DNA of 64,000 bases from the NCBI GenBank assembly GCA_017513865.1, contig JAFWMN010000006.1:2857-66856 (forward strand), in the 5' to 3' direction. A program made the translations under genes and the position numbers. The DNA comes from Bacilli bacterium (GTDB lineage: Bacteria; Bacillota_I; Bacilli_A; RF39; UBA660). How positions within the stretch are numbered: the first letter of the stretch is position 1; each line of letters opens with the position of its first letter. The notes beneath the pieces are model-generated. The model saw only the letters and a list, made by a program, of their open reading frames with translations, searched no databases and was not told the origin of the DNA. This document shows positions 37,333-48,492 of the stretch, piece by piece.

Positions 37333-38844
37333 TTATAAAGTTGGTGTCATGTTTGGTCCTAGTGGCAATCCCATGATAAACCAGCCAACTACTATTAGTA
37401 ACCATACGACCATGAATATAAGAATAGCTGGTCTAAGTAAATTTAAGGTGCCAAAAACAGTTATTTTATTTATTTCTTTATCATTATATTTTTCTAAAAA
37501 GGCAAGCATTATAATAAAATATACAAAGAATGGTGTCATTCCTTTACCAACACTATCTGCAGCTTTGAAAATAAATTGTGTAAAATCTGGGGTGATGTTA
37601 GCTTTCATAAATAGTGGAATTAGTATTGGTGAAGCTATTTGCCATTTGGTTATCGTCTCTGGTATTAATAGTGACATTATTACTATCACTATAAACATAG
37701 TTATTATTAATGGTAACCCGGTAAATTCTAAATTACTCATAAATGAAATTAACCATGAACCAACTACTGTTCCTAAATTAGTCCAATTTAATATGCTTAT
37801 CATTAATGAGGCAAAGAACATCAAAATAAATATATATCCCAAATTATCAAATTCTTTTGAAAGACCAACGCTGAAGTCATTAGTGTTTTTGATGTTTTTC
37901 GATATTTTTCCATATATTCCTGAGCAGATCATGGTTATTATTAAGAAGACAAAGCCAAAGGCATCTTGGAATGGTGCTTTTTCTCCTAGTAATTGTTCTA
38001 CATAACTTACTTTTGTATTATCTAAAAGTAATCCTGACCCAGGAAGTCCTGGTATTATGGTATATATAGAAATTGCCATTAATATTACGAACGCTATTAA
38101 GCTCCATATTAATCCTTTTTTAGATATTTCTAGTTCATCTTCTTCTTTGATTGATTCTTTTACTTTTGGTTTTAAAATTGTTTCAATTATTATAGTTCCT
38201 ACTATTGATAAAATAAATGTTGCAGCAAGCATCGCATAGCTGTTTGACCAGGCATTAAACAAATAATCTTTATCAACATCAACTGTTACGGCTTCTTTGG
38301 TTAGAAGTCCTAGCTGATAGTCATCATAGTTAAATACTAAGCCGGCTCCATAACCCATACTTACACCGATAAAGGCGGTTAAGATACCTAACATCGAATT
38401 TTTACCTAAGTATTGATATATTACAGCAATTAATGGCATTACTAAGATAAATCCATATTCACCAACAAATGAAGAGACGATTCCAACGAATAGGGTTAGA
38501 AAAGTTACAACAGATGGTTTTAAAGTTCTAAGGGGAGTGAATAAAGCTTTAAATAAACCACTTGCTTTACCAATTGATACGGCCATTAATGATATTATTA
38601 GTAGTACTAATGGTTTAAAGTTTTTAAAGGTTTCAACTGGTGAGCTAAAGAAGTATCTTAATCCATCTTTAGATAGAATATTTTTTACTCCAACTACAGA
38701 AGTTTCTAGACTTCCACTAGTTACTTTAGTTATTTCTCCATCTACCCCTAATACTGCACAAATACTACTAATAATCGTAATGGCAAAGGTAAGGATAATA
38801 ATTGTAATAACTGGTCCTAGTAATATATTTCTTTTCTTTTTCAT
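37333..38844 (-). CDS. AbgT/MtrF-family transporter
   Basis: Polytopic; C-terminal WLLIVVGWFIMGLPLGPNMTP matches the AbgT terminus WLLMLLAWYLVGLPIGPGIYP. Confidence 0.7.
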   Translation of the reverse strand: MKKKRNILLGPVITIIILTFAITIISSICAVLGVDGEITKVTSGSLETSVVGVKNILSKDGLRYFFSSPVETFKNFKPLVLLIISLMAVSIGKASGLFKALFTPLRTLKPSVVTFLTLFVGIVSSFVGEYGFILVMPLIAVIYQYLGKNSMLGILTAFIGVSMGYGAGLVFNYDDYQLGLLTKEAVTVDVDKDYLFNAWSNSYAMLAATFILSIVGTIIIETILKPKVKESIKEEDELEISKKGLIWSLIAFVILMAISIYTIIPGLPGSGLLLDNTKVSYVEQLLGEKAPFQDAFGFVFLIITMICSGIYGKISKNIKNTNDFSVGLSKEFDNLGYIFILMFFASLMISILNWTNLGTVVGSWLISFMSNLEFTGLPLIITMFIVIVIMSLLIPETITKWQIASPILIPLFMKANITPDFTQFIFKAADSVGKGMTPFFVYFIIMLAFLEKYNDKEINKITVFGTLNLLRPAILIFMVVWLLIVVGWFIMGLPLGPNMTPTL

Positions 38845-38853
38845 TTTATCCTC

Positions 38854-39039
38854 CTATAGCTTGACTATTTTTTTTAATTTTTTATTAAATTCTATTCGTG
38901 GCATCATTATGCTTCTTCCACAGCCGTTACATTTTATTTTAATATCGGCTCCTATTCTCGTTATTTCCCATTCATTTGTTCCACAAGGGTGTTGTTTCTT
39001 CATAATTACTATACTTCCAAGTTTATATTCGTTTTTCAT
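38854..39039 (-). CDS. DUF951-like small zinc-ribbon protein
   Basis: 61 aa, CxxxxxxC...CNGCG. Confidence 0.55.
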   Translation of the reverse strand: MKNEYKLGSIVIMKKQHPCGTNEWEITRIGADIKIKCNGCGRSIMMPRIEFNKKLKKIVKL

Positions 39040-39814
39040 TGTGAACCTCCAATTGTGGATAAGGAATGGTTAATTTTTCTTTTTTAAATTCTTTTATTAC
39101 CTCTTCAAATAAAGCTCTTTTAAAAGCATAATTATATGTTGGTTTAGTAGTCGCAACTACCCTGATATTTACCGAACTATCTGACAAATCTTCAACGCCT
39201 AAAACTTCAATTTCGCCAGTTACATATTCTTCAGTTTTTAATTTTTCACATACTTTTTCAATAGTTTCTTTAACTTTATCAATATCGTCTTTGTATGAGG
39301 TTGGAATATCGACAACACATTTTGAAGCTTTTAAACTATAATTTATAACTTCGGTTATATTTCTATTGGCAATTATTTTTATTTCACCAGAATAAGCTCT
39401 TACTTTAGTTGTTTTAAGGCCTAGCGAGATAACATCGCCCCTAAAATCACCTATTTTAATATTATCGCCAACTTGAAACTGATCTTCTGTTAAAATAGCT
39501 AATCCAGCAATAATATCTTTTAATAAATCTTGAAGGGCTAATCCCATAATAACCCCGACAACACCAATTGAAGCTAAAAGGGCCTTAGTATCTACACCCC
39601 ATATATCTAATATCAATAATAAAGTTAAGATATAGAGAATATATTTTGCAATATTGGTTGTTACAGTTATAGTAGTTAAAGCTCTTTTATCTGATTTTTT
39701 TTTGGCGTTTTTTAACAATACATTTTTAACAAAATTTTTTACGCTAATGTAAATAACAACTACAATTAAAATGATTATTAATGTTTCAATTAATTGTTTT
39801 TGAAAGTCAGCCAA
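39023..39814 (-). CDS. Small-conductance mechanosensitive channel (MscS family)
   Basis: TM helices plus conserved MscS beta-domain (GDVISLGLKTTKVRAYSGEIKIIANRNI). Confidence 0.75.
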   Translation of the reverse strand: MADFQKQLIETLIIILIVVVIYISVKNFVKNVLLKNAKKKSDKRALTTITVTTNIAKYILYILTLLLILDIWGVDTKALLASIGVVGVIMGLALQDLLKDIIAGLAILTEDQFQVGDNIKIGDFRGDVISLGLKTTKVRAYSGEIKIIANRNITEVINYSLKASKCVVDIPTSYKDDIDKVKETIEKVCEKLKTEEYVTGEIEVLGVEDLSDSSVNIRVVATTKPTYNYAFKRALFEEVIKEFKKEKLTIPYPQLEVHNEKRI

Positions 39815-39818
39815 AATA

Positions 39819-40688
39819 TCACTCCTTTATATTCATAATTTCAAGGATTCTATTTAAATCTGCAGTACTTACAAAAGATATTTCTATTTTTTTATCTTTT
39901 ATTTTTACTTTGGTATCTAATTTTTCTCTTAATAAATCTTGAACATACTCATATTCGTTATATCTTTTATGCGATTTTACAGTATGTTTTTTATCTGAAC
40001 TCTTTTCTTCAGTTATTCTTACTGATAATTTTTCATCGGCTATTTGTTTAGCCATTTTAATTATTTCATCTTCGTTTTCTAATTTACTTAAAGCTCTTGC
40101 GTGTCCCATAGTAAGTTTTTTACTTTGAATCATGTTTTGAACTTCTTTAGGAAGTCTAAGTAATCCTAACATATTAGTAATATGACTTCTACTTTTACTT
40201 ACTTTTTTAGCTAATTGCTCTTGGGTTAGATTTAATTTATCAATTAAACTTTTATAAGCTCTAGCCTCTTCCAAAGCTGTTAAATCTTCTCTTTGTAAGT
40301 TTTCAAGTAGGGCAATTTCGGCCATTTTTTCATCGCTTAATTGTCTAATGATTGCTGGTATTGTTTCTTTTCCAGCTATTTTACTAGCTTTTAATCTTCT
40401 TTCTCCGGCAATTACATCATATCCTTTAATGCTCTTTTTAACAATGATTGGTTCAATAACTCCATTTTCTTTAATAGATTCTGCAAGTTCATTTAATGCA
40501 TTCTCATCAAATACTGTTCTTGGTTGATATGGGTTTGGTCTTAATTCATCAAGTTTTATTTCGACTATTTCTTCAGTTTTGACCTCTTTATATAAGTTTT
40601 TTTCAAAATCACTTACATTTTCTACGTTTAAATTATCTAGATCAAATAATTGTTCTAATCCTTTTCCTAGTGCTCTTCTATTTTCCAT
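39819..40688 (-). CDS. parB: Chromosome partitioning protein ParB/Spo0J
   Basis: ParB box GERRLKAS, HTH, RPNPYQPR motif. Confidence 0.9.
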   Translation of the reverse strand: MENRRALGKGLEQLFDLDNLNVENVSDFEKNLYKEVKTEEIVEIKLDELRPNPYQPRTVFDENALNELAESIKENGVIEPIIVKKSIKGYDVIAGERRLKASKIAGKETIPAIIRQLSDEKMAEIALLENLQREDLTALEEARAYKSLIDKLNLTQEQLAKKVSKSRSHITNMLGLLRLPKEVQNMIQSKKLTMGHARALSKLENEDEIIKMAKQIADEKLSVRITEEKSSDKKHTVKSHKRYNEYEYVQDLLREKLDTKVKIKDKKIEISFVSTADLNRILEIMNIKE

Positions 40689-41463
40689 TTCTACTAATCA
40701 CCTCTTTCGCTAAATTTATATAAGCAAGGGATCCTCTACTTTTTGGGTCGTAGGCGATGATTGGCTTACCATGACTTGGGGCTTCTGATAGTCTTACAAG
40801 TCTCGGTATTATCGTATCGTATACCCTTTCTTTGAAATAACTTTTAATATCTTGCACAACTTCTAAACCTAAGTTTGTTCTATTATCTAGCATTGTAAGT
40901 AAGACTCCTTCAATATCTAATGCGGGATTTAAAGTTTTTTGGGCAAGCATTATTGAGTTTAATAATTGCATTATTCCTTCTAGTGCAAAGAATTCACATT
41001 GCACTGGTATTATTACAGAGTTTGCCGCACACAAAGCATTAGTTGTAAGTAATCCGAGTGATGGTGGACAATCAATAATAATATAATCAAACATGTCTAT
41101 AGCTAATTCAAGTTTGTTTTTAAGTTGCCTACTTTTAGAAAACTCGGGATCTAGTCTACTTTGTTCCATTAATTCAATGTCTGCTCCAGCTAGAGATATT
41201 GTTGCCGGAATAATATATAAATTTTTAAATTTTGTTTTTTTAATAACTTCTTTCAATTCGGCTTTTCCTATCAATAGGTCATAAATGCTTTTTTTGATAT
41301 CCCCTTTATCTATTCCAAGACCTGTTGTACTATTACCTTGTGGATCTAAGTCTATTAACATTACTCTTTTTCCTAGGTAGCCTAAAGAGGCTGCTAAATT
41401 GATGCTTGAAGTTGTTTTACCAACCCCACCTTTTTGATTAACTAGTGCGATTATCTTTCCCAT
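40678..41463 (-). CDS. parA: Chromosome partitioning ATPase ParA/Soj
   Basis: Deviant Walker A NQKGGVGKTT. Confidence 0.9.
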   Translation of the reverse strand: MGKIIALVNQKGGVGKTTSSINLAASLGYLGKRVMLIDLDPQGNSTTGLGIDKGDIKKSIYDLLIGKAELKEVIKKTKFKNLYIIPATISLAGADIELMEQSRLDPEFSKSRQLKNKLELAIDMFDYIIIDCPPSLGLLTTNALCAANSVIIPVQCEFFALEGIMQLLNSIMLAQKTLNPALDIEGVLLTMLDNRTNLGLEVVQDIKSYFKERVYDTIIPRLVRLSEAPSHGKPIIAYDPKSRGSLAYINLAKEVISRNGK

Positions 41464-41592
41464 TTTACCACCATTTTCATTTTTTCTAGTTATTACTATT
41501 TTATCACATTCATTAATATAAATCTATTAATTTGCAAAAAAAGGTTTATTAAACCCTTTTTGTTAATTGTTTTTTATGAAAAAGACAAGGTT

Positions 41593-43605
41593 TTATTCCT
41601 TGTCCTTTTCCTTTAATTTTTTAATAAGTTCTTTTTTATCTAGTTTTTCAGCATTTTTAATATGTTCTTCTTTAGCAATTTGTTGTAGATCTTCTAGAGT
41701 TAAATCTTCTAGTTTGGCTTCTTTGATTTTTGGAGCATCAAAGTCTTCTTCAACATCATCTTCAGGCATTACTCCGTGCTCAACTAGATAATCAATTTGT
41801 TCTTTAGTAATTGTTTCATATTCTAGTAAAGTTTCAGCGATAAGATTTAATAAATCTATATTTTCTTTAATGATTTTTTCAGTTACTTTATATTGTTTAT
41901 TAATTATTTTGCTTACTTCTTCATCTATTTGTTTAGCTACTTCATGTGAGAAGTTTTGAGCTTTATTATAATCTCTTCCTAAGAAGACATTTGACTGTCT
42001 TTCTTCGAATTGAATTGGTCCTAAGTCACTCATTCCATATTCGGTAACCATGGCTCTCGCTATTTTGGTGGCTTTTTCAAAATCGTTTGAAGCTCCGGTT
42101 GTTACTTCGTTAAACATTATTTCTTCGGCTACTCTTCCAGCTAAAAGACCACTTATTGTTTGAAGTAAATCATTTTTAGTTGAAAGATATGTTTCTTCTT
42201 TTGGAAGCATTAAATTATATCCTCCAGCTTGCCCTCGTGGAATAATCGTTATTTTTTGAACGTCGTTAGCTCCTTCTAGTTTTATACCAACAACAGCGTG
42301 TCCAGCTTCATGGTAAGCAACAGTTTTCTTTTCTTTTTCAGTATATTTATGTGACTTTTTAGCAGGTCCCATTAATACTCTGTCGTGGGCTTCATCTATT
42401 TCAGACATTGTGATTGCTTTTTTATTTCTTCTTACAGTAAGTAAGGCTGCTTCATTAAGTAAGTTTTCTAAATCGGCTCCACTAAAGCCAACGGTTCTTT
42501 TGGCTAAATTAGATAAAGTAATATTTGGAGCAAAAGTTTTACCTTTAGCATGAACGCCTAAAATTTCTTCTCTTCCCTTTGCGTCTGGCAAATTAACGGT
42601 TACTTGTCTATCAAATCTTCCTGGTCTAAGTAAGGCTGGATCTAATACATCTGGTCTATTAGTTGCGGCAATTATAATAATTCCTTCATTAGCACCAAAT
42701 CCATCCATTTCAGTTAGTAATTGGTTTAATGTTTGTTCTCTTTCATCATGGCCGCCACCTAATCCAGTTCCTCTTTGTCTTCCAACAGCATCTATTTCAT
42801 CGATAAATATTAAACAAGGTGCACTTTGTTTTGCCTGCTTAAACATGTCTCTAACTCTCGAAGCTCCGACTCCAACAAATAGTTCAACAAAGTCTGAACC
42901 ACTTATAAAGTAAAATGGTACATTGGCTTCGCCGGCAACAGCTCTGGCTAAAAGGGTTTTACCAGTTCCTGGAGGACCTACAAGTAATACTCCTTTAGGA
43001 ATTCGCGCACCCATTTTTTGAAATTTTTTAGGGGCTTTTAAGAAGTCTATTAATTCTTCTAGTTCTTCTTTTTCTTCATCTAAACCGGCAACATCTTTAA
43101 ATGTTACTTTATTTTCACCACCTGATAGTTTAGCTTTTGATCTACCAAAATCCATTGATTTATTACCGTCCATTTGTTTACCAAAAACTCTATTAATAGC
43201 ATATAAAGTTATGCCAATAAGTAGTATGGTTGGTAAGAAATTTAAGATTAATACAACAATTGGACTAGAACTTGCATCAGCTTCTGTTTTAATCGTGAAG
43301 TTAGCTTCTTTTTCGGCTTCTAGTAATTTTACCATTGTTTCATCAGTTAGTGGCATATTAAAAGTAAATAATTCATTACTTTTATAGTCTTTTAATTTTC
43401 CGGTTATTGTATATATACTAGCATTAGTGTGAGGCGTTACAGTTATTTCCTTAACTTCTTTTGTTTCTACTTCTTTCATGAATTTACTATAGTTTAATTC
43501 ATGAACTTCGGTATTCATAGTATTTACTAAAGTCATTATAATTAAGAAAAATACTAATAAAAAGGCGTAAGGTAGTAATCCTCTTTTAACAACTTTCTTG
43601 TTCAT
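41593..43605 (-). CDS. ftsH: ATP-dependent zinc metalloprotease FtsH
   Basis: Two TM helices, [20 protein letters not shown] zinc motif. Confidence 0.95.
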   Translation of the reverse strand: MNKKVVKRGLLPYAFLLVFFLIIMTLVNTMNTEVHELNYSKFMKEVETKEVKEITVTPHTNASIYTITGKLKDYKSNELFTFNMPLTDETMVKLLEAEKEANFTIKTEADASSSPIVVLILNFLPTILLIGITLYAINRVFGKQMDGNKSMDFGRSKAKLSGGENKVTFKDVAGLDEEKEELEELIDFLKAPKKFQKMGARIPKGVLLVGPPGTGKTLLARAVAGEANVPFYFISGSDFVELFVGVGASRVRDMFKQAKQSAPCLIFIDEIDAVGRQRGTGLGGGHDEREQTLNQLLTEMDGFGANEGIIIIAATNRPDVLDPALLRPGRFDRQVTVNLPDAKGREEILGVHAKGKTFAPNITLSNLAKRTVGFSGADLENLLNEAALLTVRRNKKAITMSEIDEAHDRVLMGPAKKSHKYTEKEKKTVAYHEAGHAVVGIKLEGANDVQKITIIPRGQAGGYNLMLPKEETYLSTKNDLLQTISGLLAGRVAEEIMFNEVTTGASNDFEKATKIARAMVTEYGMSDLGPIQFEERQSNVFLGRDYNKAQNFSHEVAKQIDEEVSKIINKQYKVTEKIIKENIDLLNLIAETLLEYETITKEQIDYLVEHGVMPEDDVEEDFDAPKIKEAKLEDLTLEDLQQIAKEEHIKNAEKLDKKELIKKLKEKDKE

Positions 43606-43619
43606 TAAAAACTTCCTTT

Positions 43620-44966
43620 CTAAAAATACTTAACTATTATATCATAGTTTTTAGTATTTGCATTATCTAAATTACTTTTTTTTATTCCGGGAATCCAGAG
43701 AATGTTGTCATTATCATCAGTTAATATTGGGTATGTTTTTCTTTCTTTGTTTGGTATTTTAGCATCTATGAAAATATCTTTGATTTTTTTACTTCCCTTT
43801 GTTCCTTTAAGATTAATTTTATCACCATTTTTTCTGTTTCTTACATGAAGTGGTAATTTTATGTCTTTAGAGTTTAGTTTTATTACATTGTTTGATTTTT
43901 CTTCGGTGTTTTCTATCTTCTTTATTATGTGGTTATTCGGTAAGTTTAATTCTCTTTCTAAAATAAAATTGTAATCTTTTGCTTCTTCTTCTTTATTTAT
44001 ATAAGCTATATCATATGTTTTATGAAAAACTTTGTCTTGAGGTAAATCTAGTTTTAAATTTGGTTTTTCATTTTCAAGAAGATCAATTATTGATGTTATA
44101 TGATTTTCTTTGATTAAGTTAATCTTTTCTTTATATTCTTTTTCTAAAATATTATATATTATTTTTTGTTTTATAATATTTTCTTTTTTATTAAATAAAT
44201 TAATATTCAATTTTTTATTTATATATATTTTTTTCATTATTTTAGCTACTTCATTATTGATATAATTATCATAAGCGTCTAATGTGTTACTTAATTTAAT
44301 AAAGTTTTTATGAATTTCTTTGTTTTCATTTTTTAAAGGTGGCAAGACATATTTTCTGAAACGGTTTCTAGTATAAATGTCTTCACTATTTGTTTTATCA
44401 ATGGCGTAAGGAATATTATTTTTATTTATGTAGTTTAAAATATCTTCTTTAGTTACATATATTAATGGTCTATATAATTTATATTCTTTTCTTTCATCTA
44501 TTTTTTTAAATCCTTTAAATCCGTCTAAGTTCGTTCCTCTAGCCAGTCTCATTAAAATTGTTTCCATTAAATCGTCCCCATGGTGAGCGGTTAATAGGTA
44601 TTTTGCTTGATATTTTTTTATTAATTTTTCAAAAAAACTGTATCTTTGCTTTCTAGCGTAGTCTTCCGTATTGCCATTATACTCTTTTATTTCATAATGT
44701 TCATAGGTAATATTATTACCTGTGCAGAAGTCTTTTACCATTTTAGCTTCTTCTTTACTTTCATCTCTTAAATTGTGATTTACATGAGCACATACTAACT
44801 TTAAATTTTTTTCTTTTTTTAAGTTTAATAAAAGATTTAATAAACACATTGAGTCTGGGCCACCTGATGTAGCTACAATTAATGAATAATTGTCTTTTAT
44901 TTCTTTTTTAATATCATTAATTACTTCATTCATCTTGATCACCCCATTTAATTGGCGTAATACCAT
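43620..44966 (-). CDS. tilS: tRNA(Ile)-lysidine synthetase TilS
   Basis: PP-loop SGGPDS; adjacent to ftsH as in Firmicutes (no hprT between them). Confidence 0.85.
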   Translation of the reverse strand: MVLRQLNGVIKMNEVINDIKKEIKDNYSLIVATSGGPDSMCLLNLLLNLKKEKNLKLVCAHVNHNLRDESKEEAKMVKDFCTGNNITYEHYEIKEYNGNTEDYARKQRYSFFEKLIKKYQAKYLLTAHHGDDLMETILMRLARGTNLDGFKGFKKIDERKEYKLYRPLIYVTKEDILNYINKNNIPYAIDKTNSEDIYTRNRFRKYVLPPLKNENKEIHKNFIKLSNTLDAYDNYINNEVAKIMKKIYINKKLNINLFNKKENIIKQKIIYNILEKEYKEKINLIKENHITSIIDLLENEKPNLKLDLPQDKVFHKTYDIAYINKEEEAKDYNFILERELNLPNNHIIKKIENTEEKSNNVIKLNSKDIKLPLHVRNRKNGDKINLKGTKGSKKIKDIFIDAKIPNKERKTYPILTDDNDNILWIPGIKKSNLDNANTKNYDIIVKYF

Positions 44967-45591
44967 GAGTTACTAAGAAGTTGTTGGTTTTGGAAAAAGG
45001 TTTACTTCCAAAAAATCCTCTATAGGCTGAAAGTGGTGATGGATGTGGGGCTTCTATAATATAATGATTCTTATTTGTTATTAATGTTTTTTTACTTCTA
45101 GCATAACTTCCCCATAAAATAAAGACAATTGGTTTTTCTCTATCATTTAATAATTTTATTAAATTATCAGTAAATGTTTCCCATCCTTTATCTTTGTGTG
45201 ATAGAGGTGAATCCTTAATAACTGTCATTATTGAGTTTAATAGGAATACTCCTTGTTTGGCCCAATCAGTTAAATCATTATTTGTTCTTTTGACACCTAA
45301 ATCATTTTGTAATTCTTTAAATATGTTATCTAATGATGGCGGTCTTTTTACCCCTTCTTCTACAGAAAAAGATAAGCCATGAGCCTCTTTAGGACCATGA
45401 TAAGGATCTTGGCCTAAAATTACTACTTTTATGTCATCATAATCAGTATATCTTAAGGCATTGAATATATTTTTATACTCTGGATATACTGTTTTTTTAC
45501 CATATTCATTTTTAATAAAAATTCCTAGTTTTTTAAAGTAAGGTTTCTGCATTTCTTCCTTTAAAATAATATCCCACTTTTTATTGATCAT
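44926..45591 (-). CDS. ung: Uracil-DNA glycosylase
   Basis: VVILGQDPYH, HPSPLSA motifs. Confidence 0.9.
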   Translation of the reverse strand: MINKKWDIILKEEMQKPYFKKLGIFIKNEYGKKTVYPEYKNIFNALRYTDYDDIKVVILGQDPYHGPKEAHGLSFSVEEGVKRPPSLDNIFKELQNDLGVKRTNNDLTDWAKQGVFLLNSIMTVIKDSPLSHKDKGWETFTDNLIKLLNDREKPIVFILWGSYARSKKTLITNKNHYIIEAPHPSPLSAYRGFFGSKPFSKTNNFLVTHGITPIKWGDQDE

Positions 45592-45782
45592 GGTTACACC
45601 TCTTTGCCTTATATTTTAACATTTTATATTAAAAATATCTACTATTTTTTTGTATTTAAAAACTGTTATTTTTTAACAGTTTATTTTGCGCAAAAATACT
45701 TAAAAACAAATATTATAAGTGGCGCGATTAAGCATATTACTTGTATTATGCATTTTGGGTTTCCGTCTATGGGTTTATCTTT

Positions 45783-46529
45783 TTATCTACTTTTTTTAAG
45801 TTTTTCTTCTCTATATTCATTAAACTCAGAATATAATTCGTCAAGTAAATCTATTTTTTCATCATCTGGAGTTTGTGGTAGATTTGTTTCTTCATTATCT
45901 AAATCAGAATCTATAGTTGGTCTTTCATCCGGTACTTCTAAAGCTTCTTCAATAATTCTTCTTTCCTCATCATTTAAACCCATTTTATCTATGTTTAGCG
46001 TTTCTAATTCCGTTGATTCTTCAATTGGTTCTACTTCTTCTTCAATCTCTTCATCCAATTCCAAGTTATCAGAATTTGTTTCTTCAACTTCTTTATTTAA
46101 ATCTTGCTCTGGAAGTTCCGCTTCTATCTCTTCTTTTGTTTCTTCTTTATTATCAAGAATTAAAGTGTCTTTTTCGCTGACAATGCATTCAATAATTTCA
46201 TCATATGTTTCACACACAATATCTTCTACTGGTTTTCCATCATATGTTTTTTTTGTGATTAAAGCTAAAGTTTTTTCTTTGGCTTCATCCACTAATTTTT
46301 TAACAAATTTTCTAAATTCTTTTTCGCTTGCTTTTGGTTTTTCTAATAGAAAATCTGATACTTTTTTTATAACTCCTGTCTCTCTGCCGAAAAACATAGC
46401 ATTTACTTTTTCTCGTTTGCTTTCTCCAACTTTTTCATATTCGGCAACTATGTTCATTAGTGGTCCTTGATAGATTTCTTTTACTTTATAGCATAAGTCT
46501 ATTATTCTTTTTTCTAGTTCTTTGTCCAT
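45783..46529 (-). CDS. Acidic hypothetical protein (Glu/Asp-rich C-terminal half)
   Basis: ORF downstream of ksgA where Bacillus carries yabG-veg; not YabG-like. Confidence 0.45.
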   Translation of the reverse strand: MDKELEKRIIDLCYKVKEIYQGPLMNIVAEYEKVGESKREKVNAMFFGRETGVIKKVSDFLLEKPKASEKEFRKFVKKLVDEAKEKTLALITKKTYDGKPVEDIVCETYDEIIECIVSEKDTLILDNKEETKEEIEAELPEQDLNKEVEETNSDNLELDEEIEEEVEPIEESTELETLNIDKMGLNDEERRIIEEALEVPDERPTIDSDLDNEETNLPQTPDDEKIDLLDELYSEFNEYREEKLKKSR

Positions 46530-46612
46530 ATTATCCTCCTATTTTTATTATATAGGATTTAGTTTTACATATAAAGGTTATTTTTTGTTTCTTTACATTT
46601 CTTGATATTTTT

Positions 46613-47431
46613 TTATAAAGAGTTTGCGATTTCGATGAATATTTCAATTGGTAAGGCTTCTGCTCTAACATTTAAATCTAAATTGTGTTTGTTTAATATT
46701 TCTTCTATTTTTTCAAGGTCATAATTTTTTAAATTGTTTTTAATTGTTTTTCTTTTTTGTTTAAAGGAATCTCTTACTAATTTAAAAAATAATTCTTCGT
46801 TTTTTAATTTTTGTTTTTCTTTTTTAGTAAATTCCACTACTATACTATCAACATTAGGTTTAGGAAGAAAAACGTTTTTACTAACATCTAATATTTTGTT
46901 TACATTAAAATAATAGTTTAAAAATATGGAAAGGGAATTGTATTCCTTTGTATTTGGTTTAGCTTTAAATCTATTGCCAACCTCTTTTTGTACCATAACA
47001 ACTATTTTATCTATATTTATTTTATCTTCTATTAATTTAATTATTATTGGGGTAGTTATATAATATGGAAGGTTAGCTATTACATATAGTTTTTTGTAAC
47101 TGTAATTTTTTATGTCTTCTTTGATATTTTGTTTTAGAAAGTCTTTATATATTATTTTAGTATTACTGTGGATGTTTTTTTCTAGTATTGGTTTTATGCT
47201 TTCGTCGATTTCATAAGCGATAACATTTTTTGCTTCTTCTCCTAATTTTTGGGTTAATGCGCCTGCTCCTGGGCCTATTTCTATTACTAATGTTTCTTTG
47301 TCTATGCTTGCTTTTTTAGCAATATTATCAATGATATTTTTATCTATAATAAAGTTTTGACCATATTTTTTTTTGAAATTAAATTCGTTTTTTTCTAATT
47401 CTTCTTTTATTTTATTTGGTGAATATTCCAT
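46613..47431 (-). CDS. rsmA: 16S rRNA (adenine1518/1519-N6)-dimethyltransferase RsmA/KsgA
   Basis: GQNFI, EIGPGAGALT, NLPY motifs. Confidence 0.9.
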   Translation of the reverse strand: MEYSPNKIKEELEKNEFNFKKKYGQNFIIDKNIIDNIAKKASIDKETLVIEIGPGAGALTQKLGEEAKNVIAYEIDESIKPILEKNIHSNTKIIYKDFLKQNIKEDIKNYSYKKLYVIANLPYYITTPIIIKLIEDKINIDKIVVMVQKEVGNRFKAKPNTKEYNSLSIFLNYYFNVNKILDVSKNVFLPKPNVDSIVVEFTKKEKQKLKNEELFFKLVRDSFKQKRKTIKNNLKNYDLEKIEEILNKHNLDLNVRAEALPIEIFIEIANSL

Positions 47432-47433
47432 AG

Positions 47434-47655
47434 TTATCTCCTTAAAGTTTTTCCGTGTCTGTGAAGGGTTTCTTCAATAATTTCATCAGTATTAAATGGT
47501 TCATAAACTTCATAAATACTTTCTTCATAATCATATTCAGTAGTTAAGGTATATAGATCTGTGTTTCTTATTTTATCAATTATTTCTCTTAACATCATTA
47601 TTTCTTCATTAGCATCCATTAAAGACATATATAAAAAGTTTTCATATTCTTCCAT
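47434..47655 (-). CDS. Small acidic hypothetical protein
   Basis: 73-aa ORF abutting ksgA. Confidence 0.35.
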   Translation of the reverse strand: MEEYENFLYMSLMDANEEIMMLREIIDKIRNTDLYTLTTEYDYEESIYEVYEPFNTDEIIEETLHRHGKTLRR

Positions 47656-47709
47656 TTTTTCACTCCTTTTTTATATTTTATCATATTTTTATAGTAAAAA
47701 AAATGAGGA

Positions 47710-48411
47710 TTAATATCCCCATCTTTGCACACTATATTTAATATTAGTACCTGTGGCCAAATTAACGGCCGGATCATTTTCGGTTTTAAAAGCAAGGTCT
47801 ATATGGACTATTCCATTTCTCCATGCCTTTCGCATGTCGCCGCCTGTATCTAATACTATAGCGTTAAATGTTCCTAGATTGGTATTTTGAATTTTAATAA
47901 TGGTTCCGCATGGGAATTTTTCTAAAGCTGCTGCAATTATTCTTACTTTTCCATATTCATTATCATTATAATATTCACCATCTTTGGTAAGACTGTGAGA
48001 TAGGCCTTCTTTAGTTTTACAAGCTAAAGTTCCATATCCGGAACATCCTTTACAATCTGCTCCATACCCTGTAAGTTTTCCAACATAGTCGGTTTTTTCG
48101 CCGGTTCCAATTTCGATTTCTGCATTTTTTGGACTTTCAATCATTTGAATTATGTTTCCTTTTTCATCAACATAAGCGAGTCCATTATGCCCCTCTTCTT
48201 TTGTAACGACTGTTCCGACTTCCAGGTTTTTATTCTCGGTTTTTACTGTTTCATATTCAATAACTTTAGTTAAAGCTATACTGTTTTTAGCTTTGTTTAA
48301 GTTTTTGACTATGACTTTCTTTTCGGAAATTAGACTACTAGAACTAAATATTCCTACGATAAAGGTTATTACTAGTGCCCCTTTAATAATTCGCAGGTTA
48401 TGCTTATTCAT
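47710..48411 (-). CDS. G5 and 3D (RlpA/MltA-like) domain protein, YabE-like
   Basis: Signal/TM; G5-like EVGTVVTKEEGHNG; 3D motif VLDTGGDM; synteny metG-tatD-yabE-ksgA as in B. subtilis. Confidence 0.65.
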   Translation of the reverse strand: MNKHNLRIIKGALVITFIVGIFSSSSLISEKKVIVKNLNKAKNSIALTKVIEYETVKTENKNLEVGTVVTKEEGHNGLAYVDEKGNIIQMIESPKNAEIEIGTGEKTDYVGKLTGYGADCKGCSGYGTLACKTKEGLSHSLTKDGEYYNDNEYGKVRIIAAALEKFPCGTIIKIQNTNLGTFNAIVLDTGGDMRKAWRNGIVHIDLAFKTENDPAVNLATGTNIKYSVQRWGY

Positions 48412-48492
48412 GTTTCACCTCTAATTTTCAAAATTGAAACCATTTACAGTATACCACTTTTGACGTTTAAAGTCAATGTTTTGCCTTGTTTT

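Noticed and set aside
37316-38005. 229-aa plus-strand ORF
   Set aside because: It lies entirely within the AbgT transporter gene on the opposite strand.
39043-39051. Perfect DnaA box TGTGGATAA
   Set aside because: It is a single copy inside coding sequence with no cluster of boxes and no AT-rich DUE. The origin proper is presumably outside the window.
39819-40688. Expected parS site (TGTTNCACGTGAAACA) inside or near parB
   Set aside because: I could not find a convincing match by eye. A motif scan is needed before claiming presence or absence.
45604-46470. 288-aa Ser-rich plus-strand ORF
   Set aside because: It is the antisense shadow of the Glu/Asp-rich minus-strand gene 45783-46529.
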